A stretch of DNA of 64,000 bases, from the NCBI GenBank assembly GCA_904063045.1, contig CAJFCJ010000009.1, positions 1,175,842 through 1,239,841 of the forward strand, given 5' to 3'. This DNA comes from Dimorphilus gyrociliatus. Its lineage: Eukaryota; Animalia; Annelida. The position numbers and the translations under genes are program-made. Under the pieces are notes generated by a model. It made no database searches. It saw only the letters and a list, made by a program, of their open reading frames with translations, and was not told the origin of the DNA. Of the stretch, positions 25,740-40,029 are shown in pieces; positions within the stretch are counted from its first letter, which is position 1, and each line of letters opens with the position of its first letter.

Positions 25740-25861
25740 TTCAAGATTACAGAGACAGAATACTGTTATGCAATTTTTTGTAATCTAACTCAATATTTTA
25801 TCAATTGGAAAGATTTTTAAAACATACATATACAGTATATGATGATAGGCTGTTGAGCTTA

Positions 25862-26881
25862 TCAATAGCCTAATTCTTCTAACAGCGTTCTCGGCATGTA
25901 AAGTAGAAGATCCCTATCATCTTCCATTGTTCGTTTTGCGGCTTCAGCTTCAAAATTACTGAAAATAACTTCTTCGTATTTGAGTAGGGCATCAAAATAG
26001 ATTTTCAGTGGTTGTGCTTTAGGATGAAAAGTCTTTAGAAAATCCCAAGCTTCCTTCAGAGATAGCATTTTATCTTGCATCATAAAACCGAGACAAAACG
26101 CTGCTGATGAACTCATGCCCTTTTCTGAATAGATCAAAACTTTACCTCCAAAGCTTTTATGTCTATTTATAAAATTAGTTACATCTTCAAAAAATGGAAA
26201 AATATCAGTCCGTTCATCTTCAGTCATATTTATGTGAATCGTATCCTTCCCTATCTCTCTTAAGTAAAATCCAGACGTTTCCGTACAGTTTACCGAACCT
26301 GATATGTGAAGGTCTTTAAGAATAAATGGTAAAGCTGCTTGTTTAGAATCACCTTTTCGTTAAAATTTTCAATCTTGGTAAAATATGAATAAAAGTACCA
26401 AATATATTAACAAACCAATATAGAGAAATTCCGGTATTATTTCAATGGGATAGGTAAGAAATTGATCAAGTTCTCTTGGGTTCCATATCATTTTTTGTGT
26501 TTTCATAAATGGGTACAGTCTTGAAAAGAGTTCAAAACCTCCTTTCAAAACTTTAACCGTATTTCTGCTTCCAGAATCCCAAACTTTTAAACTACAAGAA
26601 TTTGCATAACAACAATCTTTGAATGAATTAGCGTTATTATCATAAACAACAACATTTTGTTTATAAGGCAAGCGATATTCCTCTGGAATAACAAATTCAA
26701 AATATTTGTTCATTTTGCAATGTTTAGCTAAAACAATATGATCTTCTTTGTACGATAGGTATTTTCTGGAATCCAATATTAACAGAAAATTGTCATCGCT
26801 AACTAAAGGATATTGATCATTTCTGTTTATAAGATTGAATAGTTCATGGGGCAGGATAAATTCCACTGGCTTTTTCATCAT
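25862..26881 (-). CDS. STYXL1: Rhodanese + dual-specificity pseudophosphatase (MK-STYX)
   Basis: N-terminal CH2/rhodanese domain (LLILDSRKYLSYKEDHIVLAK, LKGGFELFSRLYPF), then a DSP domain whose HCX5R motif is replaced by YSEKGMSS. Confidence 0.82.
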
Positions 26882-27092
26882 TTAAATTATCTACTTTACT
26901 GCCTATGTTCAGTTGTTGAATGTGTACCTATTTACAAAGTCTTGTTCTTAATATGACATTGGAATTATTGTGGTTTGAAAGATGTTTGAGAAGATTAAAT
27001 GAATCCTACAAGCAAGGGAAAAGAAGTAAACACAAATAGTTCGATTTCAAAAAGTATTTCTCTCATCATCAAATGTATTTTATAATTTGAAT

Positions 27093-27857
27093 TTAACGGT
27101 TGGCTGGAGCTCCAGTTTGACCTGGTCTGTTACCACCAGCATTATCCATTCTCATTCCTGGTCTGAATCTTGGAGGAGGAGTACGATCCTTCCTGGCTTC
27201 TCTAGACCTATTTCTAACAACTTTGCTGTGGATAGCGCACGATACACAGTAATGCATCTTACAATAGAGTTTAGGGAGAGCGTAGGCTGAAGAAAAAAGA
27301 TCATAGTATATTGCATTTGAAATACGTGGTACAAAAAGAAAAGGTAATGTTATATTGCTATCTAGTAATAATACTTTTAATTAATACCCTTGTGTGTGTG
27401 TCGTATCGATTATGTATTAATATTATCGTGACGATATCACTTAATGAAATAACTTACTTTCATAAACGCTAGCCTCGGTAACATCTCTTACTGCGGCAGC
27501 TTCAACGATATTACGGATAACGAACTTTTTGATCGCCTTATCCTTGGGAACGCATCGGGCACAGTTGGTACATCTAACGTGCTTGACATGTCCACGTCCC
27601 TTTTTAGACCTTCCAGCGTTTCTGCGCTTAAACGGCTGAAATAAAAATAATATAAGTCACGAAATAAAAAATCGCCTTGAATTTTTGGACTCCTTTGACA
27701 TTTTACATTAAATTGATAATGGACTCTTTATTTTTCAATTTGATATTACTTGTGGTGTTCTTAATAAAGATTTCGTAAATAAATAATAATTAATTAATTC
27801 ACGTTCAGTCTACAATACATGGAAACACATGTAAAACATGCTAAAAGTACCAACCAT
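27093..27857 (-). CDS. RPS26: 40S ribosomal protein S26 (eS26), copy A; exons 27857-27855, 27635-27458, 27286-27093
   Basis: M|[51 protein letters not shown]..|[40 protein letters not shown]; 124 aa. Confidence 0.97.
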
Positions 27858-27963
27858 GTTGGAGATTTTCGCAAAAAGAAAGTGTGTCTAAAATTTTTTT
27901 TAGATATCGGGATATCCCGAAGAGAATTTTAGACGCACTTCCTTTTCGCAGAAAAACTTAAAC
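27858..27963. promoter_or_regulatory. Shared 106-bp bidirectional promoter of the two RPS26 copies, with mirror-image polypyrimidine (TCT/TOP) initiators and a central 14-bp palindrome
   Basis: CTTTCTTTTTGC (minus, 27882-27871) and CTTCCTTTTCGC (plus, from 27937); perfect palindrome TCGGGATATCCCGA at 27907-27920. Confidence 0.75.
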
Positions 27964-28714
<751 letters not shown>

Positions 28715-29513
28715 TTTTTGCATATTAAAGAATACATTTGATGAACGGAAATTGTTTTTATTTTTATTATAGGTTCTTTGATATATTAGATATCTCACTA
28801 AGTAGTGCAAAGGCTTTACAAGATTCGACAAAAATTAGAGTAGTATTTGAAGATTTAGTTTACAAGTATTGTATAATCCCGATTATAACCAGTTTATGGA
28901 TAAAAAATATATACGAAATGAGTTTATGACAATAAATATACGATATGTTAAATTAAATACAAAAGGAAGGTTACAGATATTACGAATGTTCTATTTAGAA
29001 ATGACTGAAACTAAATGGCAAAAAAAGGGAATTGTCAAAATACAAAACATTTCTGTCAGTAGTTTGTGACTGGAATAGTGATAAATATAAAAAAAGGAAT
29101 TTAATTATCTAAATCATTAACTCTCTGACGCCAGTTGATTGAAAACTATTTTTCATTTATTTTCTTCGAATATTCCATACATATACAGAGTAATATATGT
29201 ATATAAGCATGTATATTTATGAAATTTATTATATATACTTTATAGTCAATATATTCGAACATATGTAACATGAAATAGAAAAGTATTCCACTTTTTAGTA
29301 TTATCTTTTATTTATTCAATTGTTAAATTCGACATTCAAATTATTAATAATTTGTAATCGTGGGAACAATTCATTAACGTATTGCCATTACAATTGACGA
29401 GATCACAATGTTGACATTAAAAAAAATTTCTTTTTCTCAATACTCACAATGCAAATATTCGGAGACAAGCACCACGAATGATATGAGATTTGGATGAGGT
29501 AATTAATTGTTAA

Positions 29514-32500
29514 TCATACAGAGACATCATTAGAAACTGCCTTAGGTTTCTTCTGTTTTTTGTTATTTGATTCTGATTCTTTCAGTCTGGAAGAACATTT
29601 ATGTTTTATAGTATTCGTTAAAAAGTGTAATTGGGAACATAACAAAAAAATATAAGTAAAATATTAGTACCTTTTTGCTGCACTTCCGCAACTATTCGGA
29701 CCCAGTGTTACCAAGCAACTGGCTAATGCTAATCCACTTTGCATGTATGGAGGATAGTCACTATCGCCTGTAGGCAATCTCATAAAAACTGTCACTATAC
29801 CAGACTTATGACTAGCCATTGGTTCAAGTGAAATTAGCGGAGACTTTTTCCTTCTAGTGTGCTAAGGGAAGAATTTTTCAAAACGCTTATTACAAATATT
29901 AATGTCAATAGTAAGCAAACATAAAAGAAACAATTAGCTTTATTAAATTAACATACTCGTTTCTTCTTTGTAAGTTTTACTTGCTCAGTATCGACCACTG
30001 CTGGCTGGATAACTTTAACTGGATTGGAAGTAAGATCTAAAAGACATTTCGCAAATGGTCGGCTGGCCATTTGCCTTAGCTCAATTCTAGCTCTCTGAAA
30101 GAGTAAAATAAAACCATATAGTTCATGTATATTTTATACTGTAATAAATTTCCATTATCGAGTAAAAATTCTACCTGGCGCCGTCTATATATGTCATATC
30201 TCTGCTTTATTTTCCAGAATACGGCAGCCACTAGCAGTAGAGAGATAAAACAACTGAAAATGACATTTATCGTTATTATTAACAATACTTTAACAAAGAT
30301 AAACAAAGGAACATTCGAAAAGCTCAAAAAGGAAGCAAATAAGCAAAAACAAATGAAAAATAATATAATAAGAGAACTTATAAAAAATTGTTTATTCTTT
30401 GTTCAGCTTAAATTATTCATACTTCAATAAATGATAACTTTCATAATTTAATATGCTTCTAACTGTGTTCCTTACTTATAAACCGCTATTTCACAAAGTG
30501 ATGCTTCTAAGGGATCTATTAAAAACCATATCTTGTTACTATAATTTTTTAAGCTAGAAACCTCATCAAAAACAGCTATAGAGAAACTTCAGATGCTGTT
30601 TTTATAAAAGACATATATATATATATATATACTAAATATGTACAGTATTTATAAATTTAATAAAGAGTTCTGCTAACGAGAACATAGAGTTTTCTCTTTC
30701 CTTTCTATGCGTCTTTCTTTTTATGTTACTCCTCAAAAAAAAAACTAACTCTACTCTTTTCATCAGTAACGTATGCAAGTAAAAAAAAACGGAGATGATA
30801 GATTCTTTTATCAATCAAATACACTAAAAAGAAAACAAAGTTAATCACGCTACACAGTAGAAATAATTAAAAAAGAAAAAGAAGAAATTAATTAAAGTTT
30901 TCATTATTATTAAATAACAGTACTATAAATTGAAAGGTAAAAATCGAAATCCAAGTGATTTTAAGATAATAATAAAATAATAGCAATGATAAAAAAAACA
31001 CAAAGAGTGTACTTTTTCTAAGCGTGCTGTGAGAAAAACAACAAATAGAGACTAGAAAAGAAATACTATAGAAAACTAGATATTTTTCGAAGTATGTAAG
31101 TACAATTTTTATAATGATGAGTTTTATATATCACTGCTTGTTCAAGAGATATTGGATACGCTTGCAAAAAATTAATCAGTGCACTTGTCTCCAGCTATTT
31201 TTTACTGATATTTTTTTATTATTAATAAACTTCTTCCATTTTTAATTGTTTTTTTTTTGTTATATAAACTCTACTTATTGTAAATATGTCAAAAATTAAA
31301 TATTATATCAATAATAAACTTTTTTACTTATTTAACCATTAAAAAAGAACAAACAGCTAATATATTACTCAATATTATTATATATACAGTTTCATACAAA
31401 CCTAAAAAATGTTATAAAAAACTGTATTAAATCGATATGTGGTATTTGAGACACTGAGACCTGTTTGAATTTTACATATTTTGTAGAAGTAGAGAAAAAA
31501 GAATAATAATACAAGTAACTTTTAAAAATAATCTAAACTATTTTGTTACTTTAATAATTTTTGTTTTTATATAAAAAAAAAGAGGATAATATATATATTA
31601 TATATATATATAGAAAAGAGGGCAATTTAATAAAGTAAGCTACCTTTATAACTATTCGTGGAACTTTGAAATTTGATACGAAGATATATAGAGTTGTATT
31701 ATATTTCGGACCAATTCTATATTTTTTATAATCAATCTGAAGAAAAAAAAAGAAACAAATGAATAAATTAAGAAAGTAATTAAAATAAATCTCTCTCTTT
31801 CAACCTTATGCCTTATATAATCGCATTCTTGTTGATGTATTATAGTATCTCTAGGATAAGGACCGGGTCCAACGTCTATGTTGATAAAAAGAATTCATAA
31901 AGCATAACAGATATTTTAATGACTAGCTAATATTATATGGTGAGAGAAAAATGATAATTACTCCACGAAATATAAGCTTCTACCATTGGAGTTGGTGAAC
32001 CACTCTCATTATTGTTATGGCAAGATATTGAAATGTCAGCATCTTTGTCATTCTTAAAATTTGCAAATTTAAAAAAAAACACAATATTAATAAATTATAA
32101 ATATGATAGTCCATATTGATAACAAACTCTTATAGGTCTATTCATAAAATTCCAATTTTTAATATGGCTGTCGGACGGTTCGTCCAAAGTAAATGTAAAT
32201 GCAAAATCAGTTGCCAACTCGTCTGGAAATAGAAAAAAATGAATAAACTAAATATCTTTATGGAACGCTTTATAAATGAATATTTAGAATTTAGATAAAC
32301 TTACAAAAACAAGTTCCATTTCCTGTTATGTTAACTCCACCAAAACCATTATCATAGTGACTCTCCCTATCGCACTCACTACACGTTTTCTTTATCATTC
32401 CTTTCGTGGAACAAGAGCATCTACCATCTTCATTGCACGACTCAGCACGGTTATTGCATTCGCATTCTATTCAAGGCACGTTTAATTAATTAGAAAATTT

Positions 32501-35500
32501 GATTAGACGTTTAGAAATTATTCGATAAAAGTCGATTTACTTTTGCACTTTTGTCCGTTAAATGGGAGACCATAGAAGCCTTTGCCACACTTTTCACATC
32601 GACGACCTTCCATAGGGTCATCGCATTCATCGCAATTACTTCCATCGTCACAACTCGCGTGACCATTACATTGGCAGTCTAATATTATTTATTTTTTAAA
32701 TAATTGTACACTTCAATTCTAATTAATAATAAAACATGACCGAAGAATCATTATCTTACCTGGACAGGAACTATAGAACCAATCACCTTGACATTGTTGA
32801 TTTTTTCCAAAGTTGCCTTCCATGCATTTACCCTTTTTTAAGAAACAAACACATATATATATATATTATATTTTGATCCAATATAAAACATACTTTTCCA
32901 GTGTTTGCTTTATTATTACACCAACCGCAATGCGGTTGAGTTTGACAAGAAGAACAATTCTGATAGTGGTTACAATTATACACTATAAAGAAAGGAGAGA
33001 AAACAGAATTTAAATCATGATTAATAAAGAAAACTTGTGTTTTTTTACTTACAAGGACATTTATTAACATTGCTGATCCATTCGAAACATTGACCATAAG
33101 GATAATTAGCAAGATAGGAATTGGCATATATACATCTATTAGAGTAGTTTCAATATTACTTACAGAAAACGTTAATTAAAATAAAAGATTAATCTTACTG
33201 TTTTAAATTAGAACACCACATGCAGTAAACTCCATTTACATGGCTTGTGCAATTACCGCAGGTTGTAAACTGAGAGCATACGCTGCATTCTTCTTTTTCT
33301 TTAATTGATTTCTGAGTATTTTCTTTTCAATGAAAAAAATAAAAAGAAGACACAATTTTTAATTATATTTTAGACAAGGAGAGAAAAATATATGATAATT
33401 ACTTATTAAACAACTTTTTTCTTTATTATTCTGAAATTTCCAAGTACATTTGTCCGATTCATGACAAGATTTACAACTTTGCAGAGAAGAGCAATAATGT
33501 TCAATATTGTTGGTAGGTGGCTTAACTTGGTGTATCTTATTTGTACAAGTCTTTCCATTCCAATAGCATTTCGGCAACTTATTTGAACAAGTCTGATAAT
33601 CATCCTCCATTGAGCAATGATCTTTAGTTGCTGAAAATAGTTGTTTTGCTTGAAAGTCCTAATAAAAATTTTTTTTTTATCAGTCTACCTGGTTGTTTGC
33701 ACTCGGAAATCTTTTCGCTTAGATTTTTCGTATCCTTAGCTAAATCTCTATGCCTGTAGCAAGTAATATAACTATATATTTCCTACAGAGGACAAAACAA
33801 TTTTTTTCTGTTACAAACCAGCAAATTCCATCCGCAAACACGCAATTACTACCCGTATTGGCATTAAAACATTCCGCTTTAGTTTTAAAATTTTTACACG
33901 TGCCAGGAGTGAATTCAATAAGATCATTTTTTAGTCTAGAGCCAAAACCTCCGAATATAAACATTTTACTATGGGAATAAAGAGCCTTCTAAATAAATAG
34001 TTTAATACTTTAATTAGGTTAATTACCTTTCGGTAGTGAAGGCTGTGTGTCCATATCTTGATATGTCATATTGTAGTTTTATTGGGTTCAGAACTGTCCA
34101 TTTCTCGCATTTTAATTTGTAAGAAATAAACGTGGAAGAATGACATTTAACTCCGGTCGAAGAAACGGTATCACTATGTATGTTTCCTCCAAAGATTAAC
34201 ATCTGATCATTGATAACAACTGCTGAGTGAAGGTAGCTTAATTTTCCAGAAGAAGGTAATTTAGTCCTAACAAATAAAAATAAACATTACGACATTTTAA
34301 TGCAAATTCATTAAATAAATCATACCAAGTGTGATTAAGAAGATTAAAGGAATATAGTTCATCAACTAATTTCGAATTTTTCACGTCTCTAGCAATTAGT
34401 CCACCATAAACGTAAACATTGTTTTCATATATTACACTGGAATGTCGATATCTTCCTAAAATCCGTGCTCCTCTAACTTGCAATCTTTCGCATGAAAAAT
34501 TTTCTAAAAATGGCAAAAGTAAATATACACAAACTGAATACAAAGAAAGGAATTGATATTAAAAAATGACGTAGTAATATTTACTTAAATTACATTCCTG
34601 GACCCAGTTGACGTATCCAAATTTTGGTGAAAATCCCAAAAATATATATAATTTCTCTCCAAATATATGTGAAGTATGCCCTTTAACGGCTAAAAATGGA
34701 TGAGAGGGATTAGACAATGCTTCCCATTTGGATTTTTTTATATCGAATTTCCAAACTTCATCTTTCGTTTCTTGGTTATAGCTACCGCCAGTCATATATA
34801 AATTATCCTAAAAAACATTGTTCTCTAATTATCGTAAATGTTAATTAATAATGGATATTTTATATCTCTTTACCGCAAAATAGGACACAGCATGATCATA
34901 TACAGATTTTGGTCTTGTATCAGACACTTTTATTTTCTGGGATGAATAGGTGTAGTCTAATGTCGTATTCTTTTTAAACCTATTGGGACAATAGAGTTTA
35001 ATTAGAAAAGAAAATAAATAAAACACAATTGATTTTTATAATCTCACTTAAAAATCTCCGTGTATTCTTCCTTTTGCCATGTTTCTCCACCAACAATATA
35101 AATATCGTCACTTTCAGTAGCAGTCGCGTGTGACGCTCTTCCAACAACGTCATCACCTTCGATCATAAATTTTCGCCAAGTTCCGTCTGAACTAGACTGA
35201 TTACACGCCTCGCCTGTTTGTAGCAAATAATTGAATAAGAAATTCTAACTGGAATAAATCCGCATATAAAAATAAAAGATAATATCAGTGGTGCACTTGA
35301 AACCACACAAATAAAATTAACACGAAAATATTACAAGCAGATCGCGAGCTGCGAGAAATTTATCACATGTAAATATAGATGGAAACAACATTTCTTTTAA
35401 TATTATTTTATAATGAAGTCAGATAACTGTTACAAACGAAATTCGATCTAATTACCTGCATATCCGTGGGGACATTTACAACCGTCTGGTCGACATTCGC

Positions 35501-36443
35501 CAAGACTACAATTATTAGGACATATCTCGAAAGAGCAATCTTCTCCCGAAAATCCACTATCACAGATGCATTTCCCTAACCAACATTTCCCTCGATTACT
35601 ACAATCAGATGGACAAGCTTCAACTTCATAATGGATACGAAATCCACTCATATTATAAGCTGCATCACTAAAGAAATGTATGAAGGTAGTATTGGTAGTT
35701 GTAACAAAATCGGACATTTTATTCCCCTTTGGGTCAAGTAATATACCACTGAAAAAAGAAAAAGTAATTTAAAGTGGGTAATGGCGGAATTTTTTACTAA
35801 GTAAGTAATAAACCTTAAAGCTCCTATGAGCTCTTTATTTTGATTCGCTCCATCAAAAATGTAGAGGTGATCCCATCCACATTCAGTTTGAAACTTGTCT
35901 ATTCGAAAGCGAATATTTGGTCCGGTGGTCTGTAATAACCAGGAACATTTTGTATTGAAGGTGTAGTTGCCAGGACCATCTGTGATAACACCAGTCTGCC
36001 CAGGTTTCAGAGTTATATTACTGAAAGAAGAAAAATGTTAGTTTTTTTCTTTGAAAAAGAACGGAGAAAATTCCTACATTCTAAACTATAACTATTATCC
36101 TTAATAAAATTAGTAAATAAAATTAGAACAAATAGATCAATGGAAGGAACCAAATCAACATGAATTTATACAATAGGTACAACAAAAAGAAGCGATCAGA
36201 GGAAAAATACCTGACTCTGCCGTAACATCTATCACATTTAGCACCAGTAAATCCCTGGAAACATTCACAGAAACTATTTTCGTCTCCTATACTGGGTGAA
36301 ACACACTTCCCATTTAAACAATTGTGTTCGTTACACGTATTTCTTGATACGGTATCCGCAATCTTACTCTGAGTTATAACGATAATGAAGAAGAATACAA
36401 TTATATGTGATCGAATAAGCGAGAGATGAGGCGATTTTTTCAT
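29514..36443 (-). CDS. ATRN: Attractin (membrane form; distracted/ATRN-like), many exons
   Basis: Signal peptide from ATG 36443; EGF; CUB (YTFNTKCSWLLQ, TECGWDHLYIFDG, FFSDAAYNMSGF); kelch repeats (GRYRHSSV, VKGHTSH, YLHSAVV); PSI and laminin-EGF (CQCNGHASC); TM IDLIQFFITFFS|CFISLLLVAAVFWKIKQ; cytoplasmic RPFAK..LISLEP..VFMRLP. No C-type lectin domain was seen, as in invertebrate attractins. Confidence 0.93.
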
Positions 36444-37093
36444 TATTTCATTTACTTCCTTGCTTCTCTGTTCATCCTTTATCAAATGTTGTTCGAAATT
36501 ATGTTTATTTCGCAACAGTGTCCGCAGTTAACGTATTGGGTATGACTAAAAAAGGGCTGTCATGAGCGTAATGGTTTTCTTTACAACTCCGTTTAAGTAA
36601 CAAACTGACTTCAACTCAACAAGTGAAAGTATTAGTTTAATTATTTAAATGCACAAGATCGTTTTATTAACATATTTAATATTTTTACAATCAAATTACA
36701 GTAACAATAGCTTTACATGATAACTACACTAGAATTCAAATATTCATACCAACTTCCCAGATAATTGTTACAGGTTTTTTAAGGAAATTTTAAAAAATAC
36801 CTGTTTTTAAAAAATAGTAAAACATTTACTTAGAAAAAAGAAATTTTTCTGCAATATTAAGAATTTTTGCCTGTTAACGGTGGCATTACGTAATTACAAA
36901 ACCTAATATTATACCTTTTAGTATTACCCCTTTGAAAAAAATTTTGCCGTTAAAACTACCATCATAGAGTATTATATACTGTCACAAGTTTAATATTGAG
37001 TAACTTTGAGTCTCCTTTTCTAAATTCAAGCAACTAGAGACTGTCTGAAAGCTCGAAGGGATCAAACTGACAAGAGAAAATAATAATTTCACA

Positions 37094-39648
37094 ATGTCCG
37101 ATATAAGCGAAGGAGATTTGGAAAGCTCGTCCCAAACCCCGAAAGTATACATTATTCATTTCTGTCGTTAACCAAGCATTTAATATGACCTTTAATCACA
37201 AAACTTACACTTTTAAGAAGCGCATTCTTACGGAAGAAGAAGAGAAAATGAAAAAAAGATCAAAAGAAGTATGTGAACGATTTACCTATTTGATAAATGC
37301 TAGGTAGCACTTTTTCTTTCTTTTTTCTTAACTGATATTCATGCTATTTACACTCTTTTCCTTTTCTATCATAGTAAAGAAACTATATTAAGAAATTTGA
37401 TGAGTAACGATCCAGAAGATTTTAAAAAAGTTCCAAACATGACTCATACTCTAGAAAAAGCCTATTTAGGTATTTATACAATTAAAAAGAGCAACGTTTA
37501 ATTAACTTTCCAGTTTATTAATCAGTTTTTTCTTTTGGTTCATTTATTTACCCTCCTTTGTTTTTTTGTAGATGCAGAAATGATTTTGCAAAAACTGCTT
37601 GGAAATCGACATAAAAAGAAGCCTTTGAGTCTGTATTTGAAATAAAGTTACCTCTACTGGGTTAAATTTCTAAATTATTAATTAAATGTTCTTGCAGGCA
37701 AAAAGAATCCTAACGTGAATTATCTACGGGCCAGTTGTAGTAAAGACTATGAATCTAATCGCCGATTTTCGGATGAAAGCCTAAAAAAGCATATAATGTC
37801 TGAGGAGTCACTTCGAGCAAAAGGAGCTAACAAACCAAAAGCAGAATTTAGACATTATATGCCTTATGCCCAGTCTGCATCCGCAAACAACTCACCCATT
37901 AATCTTTACGCTGAGAGATACGGATTGAAAATAATGATAACTAATATTCTATCTCCCAACGAAATTTGGTACAGAAATACCGAATACGAGAAAGAATTGT
38001 ATACCATGGAAAACGAACTAGCTACTCTTTATACTTTAAACGATTACGAAAAACTAGAACTATTAATAGGTGAAAGATATATGGTTAAGCTGTCTGACGT
38101 AAGTAGCCTCGGTGAAACCAAGGTGTACAGATGTAAATTGATTGGTTTCGGATCGGGAAATGAGTCTGGTTTGGTGAAAATTTTAACAATTGATCATGGT
38201 ACCTATCATAATGTTCAAGAGGAAGACATTAAATCATTATTTGATAGCGACTACTACGAAATGAATCCATTCGCTGATAGAGGTTCTTTACCTAACTTGA
38301 GGCTATGCCGACAAGATCAACAGTGGTCGTATGCTGAGCGTCTTGATATATTTGAATTCCTAAACTCTTCTTATAATAAAGAAGTATACGTTAAGGAAAT
38401 TGTAAGTTTCCCTAAATATTAATAAATTCTAATATTATAGTTAATAACGTCTTCACCAGAATCCCAATGAAAAATTATTCCGAATTCCGGTAATATATTA
38501 CCATATTTTGCTATTTAAAGGTAAAAGACTACAGCCCAATTAATTTATCTCAAAACCCTACAGAATAAACCTACCGACGTAGAGATAAATATAATCCAAA
38601 TAACAGAAAGCGGTGCTCTAGAACCAAGTCAGAGAATTGTTATAAACTTTTCCAACTATCTACTGGATAATGGATTTGCTAATCGAATTCAACGGGAAAA
38701 AATTAAAAGCAAGAAATTACCGTAATAAAATATTCAGATTCAATTATTACGATTTCTTACTCTATTCGTATCCTCTTTAGGCCGGCTATTAATTATGCAG
38801 AAGTTGAAGATTGCGTAAATCAACTGACTGACCTCCTGAAGTTAAAAATGCCTTATCATCCCCAACTGGAGCAAACAGCAAACGATGCTTCATCTTATAG
38901 CTCCGTATCATCCTCTAATAACAGGAATAATATAACACCGAGTTTAGACAACCGCTTGGTTCATATTCAATCTTATGTTCCGGATAGTTGTTCAAATTTC
39001 GAATTTATGGAAGGAATTTGCAGTTATGTGAATGAAAATGGAATAATATCTTTTCAACACAAAACACGACGTAAATATTGGAAAATGTATAACTGTACTG
39101 ACAATACTTAATGTTTTCTTCATTTAGATATTGGAGAGTCAGATACGTTGCAAACACTATTACAAGATGCACATCAACACGGAAATTATATCCAGTGTAA
39201 CGATTTAATGGAACTGAAGGATAATCAACCGATAGTTTGTCGCTTCTCGGCAGACAAGCAGTTTTATAGAGCAAAAGTTTTGAAAGTAATTGATAAAGTG
39301 TCAGTGAAAGTACATTACGTTGATTTTGGCAATAGCGAAGTAGCTTTGAGGCAAAATATTCATTTGGCACCGCTACCTTTACACAAACCTATACTGTGCT
39401 ATAATATTAAGCTGCACGGCTTAATTCCAATCAATGGGAGTAGCAAATGGTCAGAAAGGGCGTTACTTCTTTTGTATAGACAATTATTTTCTCGTAAGAT
39501 TAAAGTGCGAATCATTAAAAATATAAGCTTCAACCTATACGAAGGAGAAGTAATTCGAATGATGCAAAAGGATTGCGATCAAGAATTGAAAGTTAGTGAT
39601 CTGCTAATTCGCGAGAAACACGCTTCAAGGGTGATAGACACTCCTTAA
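37094..39648 (+). CDS. Multi-exon Tudor-domain protein with two extended Tudor domains (TDRD-like)
   Basis: Extended Tudor 1: IMITNILSPNEIWY...VYRCKL..VKILTIDHGT...LPNLR. Tudor 2: IVCRFSADKQFYRAKVLKV..VKVHYVDFGNSE...CYNIKLHGLIP..WS. The 5' exon model is approximate. Confidence 0.75.
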
Positions 39649-40029
39649 AGACCTAAAAGACTTTGTTTATTATTATTATTTTTTGATATTCAGTTTATGT
39701 TATTATATTGAAAAGTTGATGTTGAAGTTTCGAAAATAGCTATGAAGTTCTTAAACTGATAATTAGACTCCTTTCTTAGACATTTTTTTCATCTGTATAT
39801 CTACTAAGTATATTCTCTTTCGTTTTTTTTTAATGTTGTGTTCGTACAACCGCAAAATACAATTATATCTACAAAACAGGCACCAGCTACGATTGAAAGT
39901 TAGCAATACCAACTTATATTATTACTGTAGATGTCGCTTTGTCAAGGTCTTCATCTTTTTCTTATATTATAGAACATCAGGTTTAATAACCATAATTATT
40001 CTACGCTAAAGTAAAATCCCTTTAATAAG

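Noticed and set aside
28738-29069. Two short plus-strand ORFs after RPS26 copy B
   Set aside because: Non-ATG starts and no motifs; the region is better explained as the RPS26 and attractin 3'UTRs.
31075-31195. Open frame after a TAG acceptor in the attractin TM intron (LETSALINF...SSFL*)
   Set aside because: It needs a phase-0 donor, but the upstream exon ends in phase 2; the acceptor is purine-rich and weak.
36770-36805. Imperfect inverted repeat ACAGGTTTTTTAA...TTAAAAAATACCTGT
   Set aside because: Short and mostly A/T runs; no second terminus or target-site duplication to support a MITE.
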